Below are positions 7,997-17,809 of a DNA stretch of 64,000 bases, piece after piece. The notes under the pieces were generated by a model, which ran no database searches, had not been told where the DNA came from, and saw nothing but the letters and a program-made list of their open reading frames with translations. The DNA is from Candidatus Micrarchaeota archaeon. GTDB taxonomy: Archaea > Micrarchaeota > Micrarchaeia > Micrarchaeales > Micrarchaeaceae. Where the stretch lies: positions 26,535 to 90,534 of the forward strand of contig CAYPBZ010000001.1 of NCBI GenBank assembly GCA_964409135.1. The letters run 5' to 3'. Positions within the stretch are counted from its first letter, which is position 1. Each line of letters begins with the position of its first letter. Position numbers and translations under genes: made by a program.

Positions 7997-10117
7997 TCAG
8001 TCCATATCGAGCTGCAAGAACACCTTCTTTGATATCTCGTTCCCGAGTATCAGCTGCGTCTTCTCCTTGTTCTCCCGTATATCGGACACAGACTTTATGC
8101 CATTGGCATAGAGCCTTCTGGCTCTCGCCCTCCCTATTTGCTCAAGCCTGACAAGGTCGAGCAGCTCCTCCCTTATTCCGTACCTCAATCTCACCCTTGT
8201 GGACACAAGCGACCTGTAAGGCTTCCTAAGAATCTTAGAAAGCTCTATTGCAGAGTATATCATCCAGTCAGCATTCGAGATCTTCGAGTACAATGCTCCC
8301 GGGGTCGTCTTATACTCCTCGATTATGGACTCCTCGCTCTTCTCATCCATCCAGTCGCCCAGCGCCATGGACGTAGCGAATGCGCCTACCTCATCCTGGT
8401 AGCCGTACGACATCTCTTTCGACGCGTGTATATGCCCGGAATCCATGTACATGACGAACCTGTCCTCTACCTCATCCATCTTTGCCCCGCCAGGCCTCAT
8501 ATGCGGGCGCATCTCCACAGTGTTTGATATTATGTAAAGGTCGGAAAGTGTATCCTTCTCATAGTCTATGTTGTCTATCATCCATTTAGCGGACAGCGGG
8601 TCTATGTACAGCTCGCTGATGCGCCTGCCCACAATCGTCGGGAGAAGGGAGCTGCCGCTTACGCGTATGAACTCCCATCCTATCAATTCGTCAACAACGT
8701 CCTCTACTATCCTTTCCATATGGGACTCGACGCCATACTGCATGTTGTAGAACGTCTTGCCAAGGAAGGCATTGAGCCTCGCCTTCGTCGTAAGGAATCC
8801 TGTAGAGATGAATGAGAGTATGTGCGTCCTCAGTACCGGAGCGACTCCAAGAGCGGAGTCTACGGCTTCTGGGTCAGAGTTTATATACCTGTCAGCCACC
8901 TCATTCACTGACATGCTAGCGCTGCACTGGAGAAAGGCCCTGCCCTCTGTGTCATATTTCGGGCGGCCCGCCCTCCCGAAGAGCTGCATGACCTCATTCA
9001 CGCCTATCCTGTCCATCCCGCGCCCCGAATGCCTGAATATATCTCTTATCAGCACTGTATGCGCAGGCAGGTTGACTCCCAATCCTAGAGTGGTTGTGGA
9101 GCATATGGCCTTTATGGTGCCTGACCTGAACGCATCCTCTACCAGCGACCTCTGTGCGTTGAGAAGCCCGGCATGGTGGAACGCCGCGCCATTGCTAACC
9201 ACTCTGGCGAGCTTCTCGCACTGTTTGGTCGGTCTGTCGAGTGCATACATAATGCCGTTGCTCACCTTATCTAACCCTTCCACATCCAAAGACTGCATAT
9301 CCTTCATGTGCTCTGCGAGCCGTATTGCCCCTGCCTCTGCGTTCCTCTTCGTGGAGTAGAATATGAGAAGCTGCTTACCCTTCTTAAGAGTATCCTCAAG
9401 AAGCCGTATCTCAGTTATCTTGCTTGTGCCTTCAAGCTTGACTCTCTTTGCCCTCTCATCCTCCACAAGGTATGCGTTGCCGTCCTTTATCACTCCTTTT
9501 ACGAGTTTAACCGGGCGGTAACTGCTCGTAACTGGATGCGCGCCCATCCATTCTGCTATCTCACCAGCATTCCCTACAGTGGCGCTTAGTGCTATTATCT
9601 GCGATTTCGTCACCTCTCTTATCCTTGTTATGATAAGCTCCAGGACAGGGCCGCGCGACATATCTCCTATCATGTGCACCTCATCGAACACCACACATCC
9701 TATCTTATGCATCCAGCTTATTCCATGCCTCATCAGGCTGTCAAACTTCTCTGTTGAGACGAACAGCATGTCATACTCGTTCAGCCACGGGTCGCTTGAA
9801 TCAAGGTCTCCCATCGACAGTGCAGTCTTTATGTATGGATATGCCTCCCTGAACTCACTGTACTTCTCGCTCACAAGCGCCCTCATGGGCGCAATGTATA
9901 CTGCCTTCTTTCCTGAGAGTATGGCGCTCACGCATGCGATCTCAGCCACAAGGGTCTTGCCGCTCGCAGTCGGTGCAGCTACTAATATGTTGCTGCCCTT
10001 GAGAAGCCCGGCCTCTATCGCAAGGGACTGTGGAGGGGTAAGCTTTGATATGCCTCTCGCGCTTATAGATTCTATTATCTCGTTGTGCACCTTTCCGTTA
10101 AGATCAGAAACCAGCAT
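7997..10117 (-). CDS. hel308: Ski2-like DNA helicase Hel308
   Basis: 'LTPPQSLAIE', Walker A 'AAPTASGKT', 'FDEVH', 'SATVGN', 'HHAGL' and a C-terminal HhH region. 706 aa. Confidence 0.9.
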   Translation of the reverse strand: MLVSDLNGKVHNEIIESISARGISKLTPPQSLAIEAGLLKGSNILVAAPTASGKTLVAEIACVSAILSGKKAVYIAPMRALVSEKYSEFREAYPYIKTALSMGDLDSSDPWLNEYDMLFVSTEKFDSLMRHGISWMHKIGCVVFDEVHMIGDMSRGPVLELIITRIREVTKSQIIALSATVGNAGEIAEWMGAHPVTSSYRPVKLVKGVIKDGNAYLVEDERAKRVKLEGTSKITEIRLLEDTLKKGKQLLIFYSTKRNAEAGAIRLAEHMKDMQSLDVEGLDKVSNGIMYALDRPTKQCEKLARVVSNGAAFHHAGLLNAQRSLVEDAFRSGTIKAICSTTTLGLGVNLPAHTVLIRDIFRHSGRGMDRIGVNEVMQLFGRAGRPKYDTEGRAFLQCSASMSVNEVADRYINSDPEAVDSALGVAPVLRTHILSFISTGFLTTKARLNAFLGKTFYNMQYGVESHMERIVEDVVDELIGWEFIRVSGSSLLPTIVGRRISELYIDPLSAKWMIDNIDYEKDTLSDLYIISNTVEMRPHMRPGGAKMDEVEDRFVMYMDSGHIHASKEMSYGYQDEVGAFATSMALGDWMDEKSEESIIEEYKTTPGALYSKISNADWMIYSAIELSKILRKPYRSLVSTRVRLRYGIREELLDLVRLEQIGRARARRLYANGIKSVSDIRENKEKTQLILGNEISKKVFLQLDMD

Positions 10118-10286
10118 ATGATATATACAACAATAACAAATATATTAACAACGTGAGCAGGAAATCCCACACTATCTTTAGTCTTTGTTCCACTTTACCG
10201 ACCAATACTTTTCTTCTATACTCCGAATACCAGATGAAATGGCAGCACAACAAAAAGGCATATAAATAACATTACACTAATACCTA

Positions 10287-12878
10287 TTGTATAAAAGGTT
10301 GGCTACGATGGTTCAGGAGAAGAATGAGAGCAAACCAGCGGTGAACGAGGCCGCTAAGGAGCACTGGAAGAAGGGCAACAGCCTCTTCGAGTCCGGATCG
10401 TTCGAAGAGTCTGTGGTGGAGTTCGACGAGGCAATAAAGATTGACAGCAGATATGCAGACGCCCATTTCAACCGTGCCCTTGCGGAACGCATACTTAAGA
10501 ACTTTGCTGAGGCTAAGGCGAGCCTTGAGAGGGTAATGGAGCTACAGCCCAGCAGTGCGGACGCACCTCTCCTATATGGGGACATATTGGAGGTGGACAA
10601 TGATATACTCGGAGCGAGAGACTGGTACAGCAAAGCCCTAAAGATAAATCCGGACTACGTGGAAGCTAAGAGCAGGATGGAGCATATAAGCTCGCTGATC
10701 AAGACGAGTTCGGGCGGCGGAGCGCCAGGTAAGGCGGAACTCTCGGAAGAGAATGTAGAGGTAGTGCAGGACGGTCAGATAAAGAGGGTGGCATTCTACA
10801 AGTCCCACATAAAGTTCGACAGTGTGATCGGGCTCAAGGGGGTTAAGCGGTACCTCCATGAGAATGTCGTGCTTGCCATTGAGCGCCCCGATCTGTTCAA
10901 GAAGTACGGGAAGCGCCTCGGTGTCGGTCTTCTTTTATACGGTCCGCCAGGTGTGGGAAAATGCGTGACCGAAGACACGCTGGTATTGCTTCCTGGTGGG
11001 AGATGTGAACCGATCAAAACAGTGGTTGAGAATAGGGAACCGTATGTATTGACGCTTACCGAAGACCATAAGCTGGTTGTAAAGAAGGTTGAGGGATGGT
11101 GGAAACTGGATGGTAAGCCGCTGCTTAAGATAACTACACAAAGTGGGCGTGAGATAAAGTGCACTCCCGAACATCCGTTCCTCATCAGAGGGGGATGGAC
11201 CCATGCTGTAGATCTTGAGAAGGGCACAAGGATAGGAGTGCCGAGATATGTCCCGGTATTCGGGAATACGGTGATGCGCGAATGTGAGGTAAAGTTGCTG
11301 GCTTACTTCATATCCGAAGGGACTTTGACACAGGGCATGCCTCTGTCCACCAACGTAGATTTGGAGATGCTTGAGGATTTCCAGTCCGCAGTCAAGCAGT
11401 TCGATTCGCACTTCAACAAGACAGGTAGGGAGAAAGTAGTGAATATACAGGTATGTGGCAGCCAGCGTAGCAAATATGTGGGCTTCATGCACTCCAAAAG
11501 CTCGCTGCAGACATTCCTTGGCGAGCACAAGCTCTCCTTTACGGATTCCCGCAATAAAAAAATACCTCCTGCCGTATTCCGACTTCAGAAGCATCTCCTC
11601 GCCCTGTTTTTGAACAGGCTGTTCTCAGGGGACGGATGGTCCAGGACAGAGAATGGCGAAGGCCGTTTATACGGCCCCAGAGACTCCAGAATTATAGGTT
11701 ATGCCAGCAATTCAGAGATTCTGATAAGGCAGGTGCAGCATTTGCTGCTGAGATTCGGTATATTATCCAACATAAGGAAGAATAAGGATTGCTGGGAGCT
11801 CGTAGTGCACAGGGACAGAGACATCGACATATTTGTAGAGGAGATAGGGATGTTCGGAAATAAATCCAAGCTCTCCAAAAAGAAAGATTCTTGGAGCAAG
11901 GTAAAGAAGAAGGGCGAGAATAGAGTCGTTTACGAGACAATAAAGAGCATAACCAAACTGCCGGTCCCGGAGTTCGTGTATGATTTGACAGTGGAGGATA
12001 CGCACAATTTCGTAGCGAACGATTTCTTCGTGCACAATACCTACATAGTCAACGCCATTGCAGGAGAGGCCAAGTCCAACGTAATAATAGCCAGAGTAAA
12101 CCAGATAGTTGACATGTATACCGGCAATACGGAGAAGAACCTCCATGCCCTGTTTGAGCAGGCCAGGAAGAACCCGCCATGCATCATATTCTTCGACGAG
12201 CTGGATTCTCTAGGCGGGAAGCGCGGCGGCGGAGACAGAGAAGGCGGCAGTAACAATGCGATGAGGTTGGCGGTCAACCAGTTTCTTGTAGAAATGAACG
12301 GTGTGGAGGAGAATCCATCCGGCCTGTTTGTCATAGGCGCGACGAACAATCCATGGGACATAGATCCTGCCCTCAAGAGGAGCGGGAGGTTCAGCGATGC
12401 AATATACATACCACCACCTAAATACGGTGACAGAAAGGGCCTTTTCGAATTCTATACGAAAAACACCCCGAGAGGCTCTCTGAGCTACGGCCGACTGTCC
12501 AGAGCCACATCTGGGTTTGCGCCCTCAGACATACAGCACATATGCGATAGGGGCGTGATGCGTCCCCTTCTCCATGAATACTCCTCCAAGAAGTCACGCA
12601 AGCTCACGATGACCGACCTGATGGCTGTTATGAGGGAGAAGGACTTCAGGGGCAGCTCTCTGGATGAATGGTACTCCATGGTCAAGAAGGACGTCGTAAG
12701 CAAGACAGAGACGCAGACGGTCAACGGGAAGAAGCAGGAGATAGTGAAAGAAGGCAAGCTGGACGCGCAGGAGAAGGTCATCTACAAGACTATGGTAAGG
12801 GACATAAAGAGGAACACGAGCGCATCCGCGATAAGGGTCAAGAGGCTCTTAAGATGGTGGGCCATCCACGCTTTCTGA
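10287..12878 (+). CDS. TPR-repeat AAA+ ATPase interrupted by an intein in Walker A
   Basis: N-terminal TPR-like repeats. Walker A reads 'LLLYGPPGVGK|C...HN|TYIV', which is GPPGVGKT after splicing. Walker B 'CIIFFDELD' and 'ATNNPWDIDPALKRSGRF'. Confidence 0.85.
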   Translation: MYKRLATMVQEKNESKPAVNEAAKEHWKKGNSLFESGSFEESVVEFDEAIKIDSRYADAHFNRALAERILKNFAEAKASLERVMELQPSSADAPLLYGDILEVDNDILGARDWYSKALKINPDYVEAKSRMEHISSLIKTSSGGGAPGKAELSEENVEVVQDGQIKRVAFYKSHIKFDSVIGLKGVKRYLHENVVLAIERPDLFKKYGKRLGVGLLLYGPPGVGKCVTEDTLVLLPGGRCEPIKTVVENREPYVLTLTEDHKLVVKKVEGWWKLDGKPLLKITTQSGREIKCTPEHPFLIRGGWTHAVDLEKGTRIGVPRYVPVFGNTVMRECEVKLLAYFISEGTLTQGMPLSTNVDLEMLEDFQSAVKQFDSHFNKTGREKVVNIQVCGSQRSKYVGFMHSKSSLQTFLGEHKLSFTDSRNKKIPPAVFRLQKHLLALFLNRLFSGDGWSRTENGEGRLYGPRDSRIIGYASNSEILIRQVQHLLLRFGILSNIRKNKDCWELVVHRDRDIDIFVEEIGMFGNKSKLSKKKDSWSKVKKKGENRVVYETIKSITKLPVPEFVYDLTVEDTHNFVANDFFVHNTYIVNAIAGEAKSNVIIARVNQIVDMYTGNTEKNLHALFEQARKNPPCIIFFDELDSLGGKRGGGDREGGSNNAMRLAVNQFLVEMNGVEENPSGLFVIGATNNPWDIDPALKRSGRFSDAIYIPPPKYGDRKGLFEFYTKNTPRGSLSYGRLSRATSGFAPSDIQHICDRGVMRPLLHEYSSKKSRKLTMTDLMAVMREKDFRGSSLDEWYSMVKKDVVSKTETQTVNGKKQEIVKEGKLDAQEKVIYKTMVRDIKRNTSASAIRVKRLLRWWAIHAF
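10962..12038 (+). mobile_element. Intein (359 aa) with LAGLIDADG homing-endonuclease domain
   Basis: Starts with Cys (TGC at 10962) right after GVGK and ends ..FFVHN (AAT 12036-12038) before Thr. Blocks 'CVTEDTL', 'TPEHPFLI' and 'VYDLTVEDTHNFVAN'. LAGLIDADG-type 'LLAYFISEGT' and 'FLNRLFSGDGW'. Confidence 0.85.
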
Positions 12879-12938
12879 CATATTGGGATTTCGGGTTGTG
12901 ATATCGAAGTATAAACCCACTATATCGTAAATGTGATT

Positions 12939-13010
12939 GGCCTAGGCCGGGAGTTGAACCCGGGCCTAAAGATCCACAGTCTTTCGTGCTAGCCGTTACA
13001 CCACCAAGGC
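12939..13010 (-). tRNA. tRNA-His (anticodon GUG)
   Basis: Minus strand reads GCCTTGG-TG-GTGT-AACGGCTA-GCAC-G-AAAGA-CTGTGGA-TCTTT-AGGC-CCGGG-TTCAACT-CCCGG-CCTAGGC-C. There is a U5.U68 mismatch, position -1 is A rather than G, and CCA is not encoded. Confidence 0.8.
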
Positions 13011-13203
13011 TCAATAGAAGGAGCACATACACATTAATAACGTTTGCGATGCGCGGCGCAGTACATATTTATCAATGTGAGCGGGAAAACCCATGCTCTA
13101 TCAAAAGAGGGCAGTTGCCGAAGAACTGAAAACATACTCTGCACAAAAGGAGTGGAATCCATGAATGCAGGGGAAGCCCACACCATTTATGGGTGGGAAG
13201 ATG

Positions 13204-13533
13204 TCACGCGGATCTTACCCCATCCATTACCTTCGCGGATTTCTGCACTGTTTTTATTATGTCCTTCAGCTTCGGGTTGAGCCGGTAACCAAGACCATAG
13301 CCGTTCGTGGTCCTTATGTGCGTAGGCTGTATCGCGTTCAGGTCTAGCGAGAGCTCCCTAAGGGCTATTATCAATGTCTTCCTAGTGAAGTCCTTCTCTA
13401 GTATGGAGTACAGCTCCTTCGTCGCTCTAGGAGACTTCTGGAGAAGCAGATTCAGCACCGCATAATTCGGTCTACTGAGTATCTTCCTGTACGCCCATAT
13501 CTCATCCTTCTTCTTCTCTCTTTTTGATGCCAT
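13204..13533 (-). CDS. Small winged-helix-like DNA-binding protein (hypothetical)
   Basis: 109 aa with a basic N-terminus. 'NYAVLNLLLQKSPRATKELYSIL' looks like an HTH. Transcribed divergently from the pilus ATPase. Confidence 0.4.
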   Translation of the reverse strand: MASKREKKKDEIWAYRKILSRPNYAVLNLLLQKSPRATKELYSILEKDFTRKTLIIALRELSLDLNAIQPTHIRTTNGYGLGYRLNPKLKDIIKTVQKSAKVMDGVRSA

Positions 13534-13707
13534 ATGTATTGTTGTTTGTTAATGTTTATAAACGTTTTTATTTGGATTGCTATTGGTGTAGTTGTATATA
13601 AGTGTTGCGAGTGCCTTACATTCCTTTTATCCAGATACACATTATACCAAGGTATTTAAATATATATCTCTCTAAATTATCTTTGATTAAAATACAAGGT
13701 TTAGTAC
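13534..13707. promoter_or_regulatory. AT-rich divergent promoter region (wHTH gene / pilus operon)
   Basis: Palindromic TATA-like 'tttataaa' at 13555-13562, 22-29 nt upstream of the minus-strand ATG. 'tttaaatata' at 13655-13664, about 44 nt upstream of ATG 13708. Confidence 0.4.
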
Positions 13708-15189
13708 ATGGCTATCAGGACAGCGTTGAGACTAATCGCCAGGAGGCCGCAGCGCAGCCTCGCCGCTGCCGAATCCGCCGCCGAGGGCACCGAGCTGACG
13801 TTCTGTATAACTGACGATTTTCCAAAGGAGATATTGGAGAGAGAAGGAGACATAACGATAGGAAGGTCCAGCCGCAGGAACGTGTGGTCCGTCATGATGC
13901 CCCCAATGTCCAAAAGGGAGCTGCAGGACGCCTCTCTAGTAAAGAGCAGGGTAGTCGATATGATTTCGTCTTCTGGCGCTACGGACAAAAAATCCTTTTT
14001 CGAGACCGCAAGGAGCATAGCCTCTAATATATCCAAGGAGAACGCGAATTCTGTGCCGTATGCCGTTGCACATGACGTGGCGGGCTACGGCCCGTTCAGC
14101 ATCATACTCGACAACAGCAATGGTCTTGAGGAGATAATGGTGAATTCGCCCACGTCCAACATATGTGTATATCATTCGAAATATGGTTACTGCACGACCA
14201 ATCTAAGGTTTCTGGGCGAGGATGGGTTCAGGTTCATGATAAACAGGATGATATCCGATACGGAGAGCGAGCTCAACAGTAGCTCTCCAATCATAGACGC
14301 GCATGTGGGTGACAGGTTGAGAATACATGCGCAGACGAGGCCGTACTCGATCGGAGGAGGGGTCGCATCAATAAGGCTACGGCCGAAGAGGCTGGTCGGC
14401 ATAAATGACCTTATAAAATCCGGCACGGCAACACCAGAGGAGATGGCATATGTGTGGATGGCTATGGATTCCGGGCTCAACATCGTGATAGCTGGTGCAC
14501 CTGCATCTGGAAAGACCACGATGCTCAGGGCCATCGGAGCGTTCGTGCCCAGGTTTGACCGTGTGATTACTGTGGAAGAAGATGTAAGTGAACTGTACGG
14601 CTTCGGGAACTTCTACAATGTGGTGCAATTGAAGAGCTCGACTCTGGAGAGAAGGGTCTCAACAGGAAGACAGGTGATAAACTCTCTGCGCCTCAGGCCG
14701 GACCGGCTGGTTGTCGGCGAAGTGAGAGGGAGCGAGGCGAGAGACATAATGTTCGGGGCCAACATAGGCGTGCCTTTCATCACAACGATGCACAGCAGCA
14801 GCGCAGAAGAGACAATCACAAGGTTAAAGACAAAGCCGATGAGCGTTGACGACGCGCTGATAAGCATGCTCGATGTTGTGGTGTTCATGGGAAAAGCCGG
14901 CGGTGCGCGGAGGGTCGATGAGATAGCTGAATACAGGTGGGGAAAGGATGGGGACACAGCCGACGTGATGAACGAGCATGAGACGCACAGGATATTCAGC
15001 CGCTCTGCCATGCTGAAACCCGAGCTTGTGGGATCCAAGATGATATCTGGATTCGCAGCCCTTAACATCCTGACCAGAAAGGAAGCGGCGCTGGAACTGT
15101 CCAAGCGGGCCAGGTTCCTGTCGGAAATCCCAGAAGGCACAGAGTCAAACTGCGCTGATTATATAGAGAGGTACGGTGAGCTCAGATGA
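13708..15189 (+). CDS. Type IV filament assembly ATPase (FlaI/TadA/VirB11 family)
   Basis: Walker A 'GAPASGKTT', Asp/Walker B region 'LRPDRLVVGEVRGSEA' and His box 'TTMHSSS'. 493 aa. Confidence 0.85.
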   Translation: MAIRTALRLIARRPQRSLAAAESAAEGTELTFCITDDFPKEILEREGDITIGRSSRRNVWSVMMPPMSKRELQDASLVKSRVVDMISSSGATDKKSFFETARSIASNISKENANSVPYAVAHDVAGYGPFSIILDNSNGLEEIMVNSPTSNICVYHSKYGYCTTNLRFLGEDGFRFMINRMISDTESELNSSSPIIDAHVGDRLRIHAQTRPYSIGGGVASIRLRPKRLVGINDLIKSGTATPEEMAYVWMAMDSGLNIVIAGAPASGKTTMLRAIGAFVPRFDRVITVEEDVSELYGFGNFYNVVQLKSSTLERRVSTGRQVINSLRLRPDRLVVGEVRGSEARDIMFGANIGVPFITTMHSSSAEETITRLKTKPMSVDDALISMLDVVVFMGKAGGARRVDEIAEYRWGKDGDTADVMNEHETHRIFSRSAMLKPELVGSKMISGFAALNILTRKEAALELSKRARFLSEIPEGTESNCADYIERYGELR

Positions 15190-15905
15190 GGATAGGCAAT
15201 AACTCTTTGGTATTCCCGATCGTTATGGTAGCATCAAGCATTGCTCTAGAGCTGTACCTAAGGGGAGGTATCATGACAATGCTGATGACTGTGGGCTTTG
15301 CCGCCGGTCTATTCGTAGTTATAACCATTTCGGATCTGAGCTACTCCAATAAAGTGAGGCTGAAGAGAGAGGTGGAGGAACTCGAATCGGTGTCAGATTC
15401 ATTGTACCGCGGACTGTCGCGCAACGAGAGGTTCGAGAACTCCCTGAGCTCCGCGATTGCAGGGATAGATAGCAGAGGGGAATGTTATGCTGCACTCGAT
15501 ACAGTAGCCAGGGCTATGCGCTCCGGAAGCAGCTTTGCCGAGGCAGTGAGGGTCGCAGCCGCCTATCTCTCAGCCAATTCTGCCACACTATCGTTCCTCA
15601 AAAGGGCCGGCTCCAGCGGTTATTCCGCACCCTCCGCAAGCGCGGTGCGCGCAGAGCATATGCATATTCTGTCGATGCGGAACGAGATGATGGAGAGGGA
15701 TTCCGGGTCTGTGCAGCGATACATAACTATGTCTATGGTCGCAGGCACGATCTTCCCATCATTTGTGCTTTTCGGATTCATGGGTTATTCTATACTAAAC
15801 TTCTCGACCTTCGGAGTATCAATACTGTTAATTGCCCTGCTGGTGCTCATACCAGGGGTATACTCTGTCGTGAGGGCGAGACTCGCCGGTGTATATGGTG
15901 TTTGA
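15186..15905 (+). CDS. Pilus platform membrane protein, TadB/FlaJ-half-like (T2SS-F domain)
   Basis: 239 aa. N-terminal TM helices, a soluble helical region and C-terminal TM helices. 4-nt overlap with the ATPase gene. Confidence 0.6.
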   Translation: MRIGNNSLVFPIVMVASSIALELYLRGGIMTMLMTVGFAAGLFVVITISDLSYSNKVRLKREVEELESVSDSLYRGLSRNERFENSLSSAIAGIDSRGECYAALDTVARAMRSGSSFAEAVRVAAAYLSANSATLSFLKRAGSSGYSAPSASAVRAEHMHILSMRNEMMERDSGSVQRYITMSMVAGTIFPSFVLFGFMGYSILNFSTFGVSILLIALLVLIPGVYSVVRARLAGVYGV

Positions 15906-16662
15906 CAATTACGTCAAGGCAGGCATAATCGCGGAGATGTACTCCGCCGCAGTAGCCGCCTCGTTCGCCAGCATATATTACACTCTTGCCCTCCTCACTG
16001 GAAACGGGGCGCTGTATCTGTACATGTCACGGTCCAACAAAACGGACCGTGCTGTGGATATAGAGGCCGAGATGCTCGTGGATTCTATGCTCCTCAACTA
16101 CTCAGATGAGAAGGGAGCGATAGGTATATTATCTGAATCGCTGGACGATAGATGGGGCATATCGGATGCGTTAAGGGCAGCGCTCAAATCCTATAGAATG
16201 TCAGGTGGCATAGACAGGTTCAGGAACACCGGCTCTGGCTCCTCCAGCCTTAACTCTGTGGTCCGGCTTGTATCGAAGCACACAGCCCATAGGAGTGGCA
16301 TGCGCGCAGAGCTGGTGGAGCTTAAGGACAGGATGTCAAAGAGGAGAGAGTATGAGATGCGGAACTATGGGATAGTGCACAATGGATTAATAGTCATGGG
16401 GCTGGGCACAATGGTGTTCTTCCCGATATTCTCCGGTATCGGTCTCAATGTGCTGAGGTTCTCTGGGTTCGGATTGGAGGGCGTCGCGGCAAACGCCGTG
16501 CTCCTCGGGGTATCTGCATATCTGCTGCTGTCCAACTATCTCAACTTCAGGTATTCTGGAAGGCCGATCTCATCGAAGCTGATGGCAGGCGGCATGTCAG
16601 GGATGGTCGCACTCTCAGTTTTCAGGATAACGCTGCTCATGTCAAGTATAATGTTAAGGTGA
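15889..16662 (+). CDS. Pilus platform membrane protein, TadC/FlaJ-half-like (T2SS-F domain)
   Basis: 257 aa with the same TM-soluble-TM architecture as the preceding gene, which it overlaps. Confidence 0.55.
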   Translation: MYMVFDNYVKAGIIAEMYSAAVAASFASIYYTLALLTGNGALYLYMSRSNKTDRAVDIEAEMLVDSMLLNYSDEKGAIGILSESLDDRWGISDALRAALKSYRMSGGIDRFRNTGSGSSSLNSVVRLVSKHTAHRSGMRAELVELKDRMSKRREYEMRNYGIVHNGLIVMGLGTMVFFPIFSGIGLNVLRFSGFGLEGVAANAVLLGVSAYLLLSNYLNFRYSGRPISSKLMAGGMSGMVALSVFRITLLMSSIMLR

Positions 16663-16907
16663 TGCATATGGAAATAGAACTGGCCAGGCTGGCACGCATG
16701 CTGCACAGCCTGATAAGGTACAGGAAGGCTCAAGGGTCTCTTGAGTATATAATGATGCTGTCGGCAGTCAGCATAGTCGTAGTAATAGGCATAGCGATAA
16801 TGATGCAGCTGAAAGGGGTGGCATTGCAGCCTTTCTCTGGCGGTGCTGGAAATCTGACCTCCACGCTCTCGAACGAGATAGCCAACCTTTCCAGCATGGT
16901 GAGGTGA
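16659..16907 (+). CDS. Short Flp-like pilin with class III signal peptide
   Basis: '..RYRKA|QGSLEYIMMLSAVSIVVVIGIAIMM': Q+1, E+5, Y+6, then a hydrophobic helix. The mature part is only about 57 aa. ATGA overlap with the upstream gene. Confidence 0.65.
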   Translation: MMHMEIELARLARMLHSLIRYRKAQGSLEYIMMLSAVSIVVVIGIAIMMQLKGVALQPFSGGAGNLTSTLSNEIANLSSMVR

Positions 16908-17272
16908 TGAGAGGGCAGCTCTCGCTTGAATTCATGCTGTACATCGCTGTCGGCGTGCTGGCCCTGTCCGGAATGCTGTACGTATACATGCAGAGCTCGG
17001 CATGGATGCGCTCGGACATGCAGGCGAGCTACATGGAGGAATTCGTAGCTGCGGTGAACTCCAACATGGGCTATTCAAGGTCCGAATTCAGCATATTCGT
17101 ACCGGCCGGGCTGTGCGATTCGGCTTCGAACGCCACCTCAATCACGGCAGGCACAGCGCTGCACTTTGATGCCGGTGTCGAGATATCAGACAATGTATGC
17201 AGGATCGATGGAAGTGTAGGCAATCTGACCATGACACGCCTTCAGAACGGCACATATGAGGTCGACGCATGA
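16904..17272 (+). CDS. Pilin-like protein (class III signal peptide)
   Basis: 'MMRG|QLSLEFMLYIAVGVLAL'; ATGA overlap upstream. Confidence 0.65.
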   Translation: MMRGQLSLEFMLYIAVGVLALSGMLYVYMQSSAWMRSDMQASYMEEFVAAVNSNMGYSRSEFSIFVPAGLCDSASNATSITAGTALHFDAGVEISDNVCRIDGSVGNLTMTRLQNGTYEVDA

Positions 17273-17472
17273 TGAGGGGGCAGATAGCGTTCGCAGGCAT
17301 GCTCACGCTCTTGATGGTCATTCTATCCTCAACACTCATGCTCTGGTACCTGCATTCATATGAGCCGGGCGGCTGGAGCGCGGCCACACCGCAAAACATA
17401 AGCGCCACGAGAAGCAGCGTGAACTCAAGCATATACCCGTACAGCAGGTTTGGAATACGCTCGGATGGTTGA
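17269..17472 (+). CDS. Small pilin-like protein
   Basis: 'MMRG|QIAFAGMLTLLMVIL'; ATGA overlap upstream. Confidence 0.5.
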   Translation: MMRGQIAFAGMLTLLMVILSSTLMLWYLHSYEPGGWSAATPQNISATRSSVNSSIYPYSRFGIRSDG

Positions 17473-17809
17473 GATGAAGGGGATCATACAAGAGATTGAC
17501 GGGCTTGTGGGCCTAACCTTGTTCTCCACTATATTTGTGGGGCTGCTGTTCGCATATGCAGAGTTTGGAAACTCGGCAGGCTTGGGCATAGCGAGCCTGC
17601 AGACATACATATCCGATGAGTCGGCAGCACAGCACGTCCTGTATATCTTAGAGGGCTCCAACGCCTCTACCAACTATTTCGATGAAACCATGGACAGCTC
17701 AGGCTACAGATACGCACTGCTTGACCTCAACAACTCTCCGCACCTGTCTGGCACAATGGGGCGCATCGCAGTTATACAGGGCAAAATGTACGTTGTGGAG
17801 GTGGGATGA
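17450..17809 (+). CDS. Pilin-like/membrane protein of the pilus operon
   Basis: 'MKGIIQEIDGLVGLTLFSTIFVGLLF' with a charged residue near +5 and a hydrophobic helix. The start is uncertain. Confidence 0.4.
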   Translation: MEYARMVEMKGIIQEIDGLVGLTLFSTIFVGLLFAYAEFGNSAGLGIASLQTYISDESAAQHVLYILEGSNASTNYFDETMDSSGYRYALLDLNNSPHLSGTMGRIAVIQGKMYVVEVG

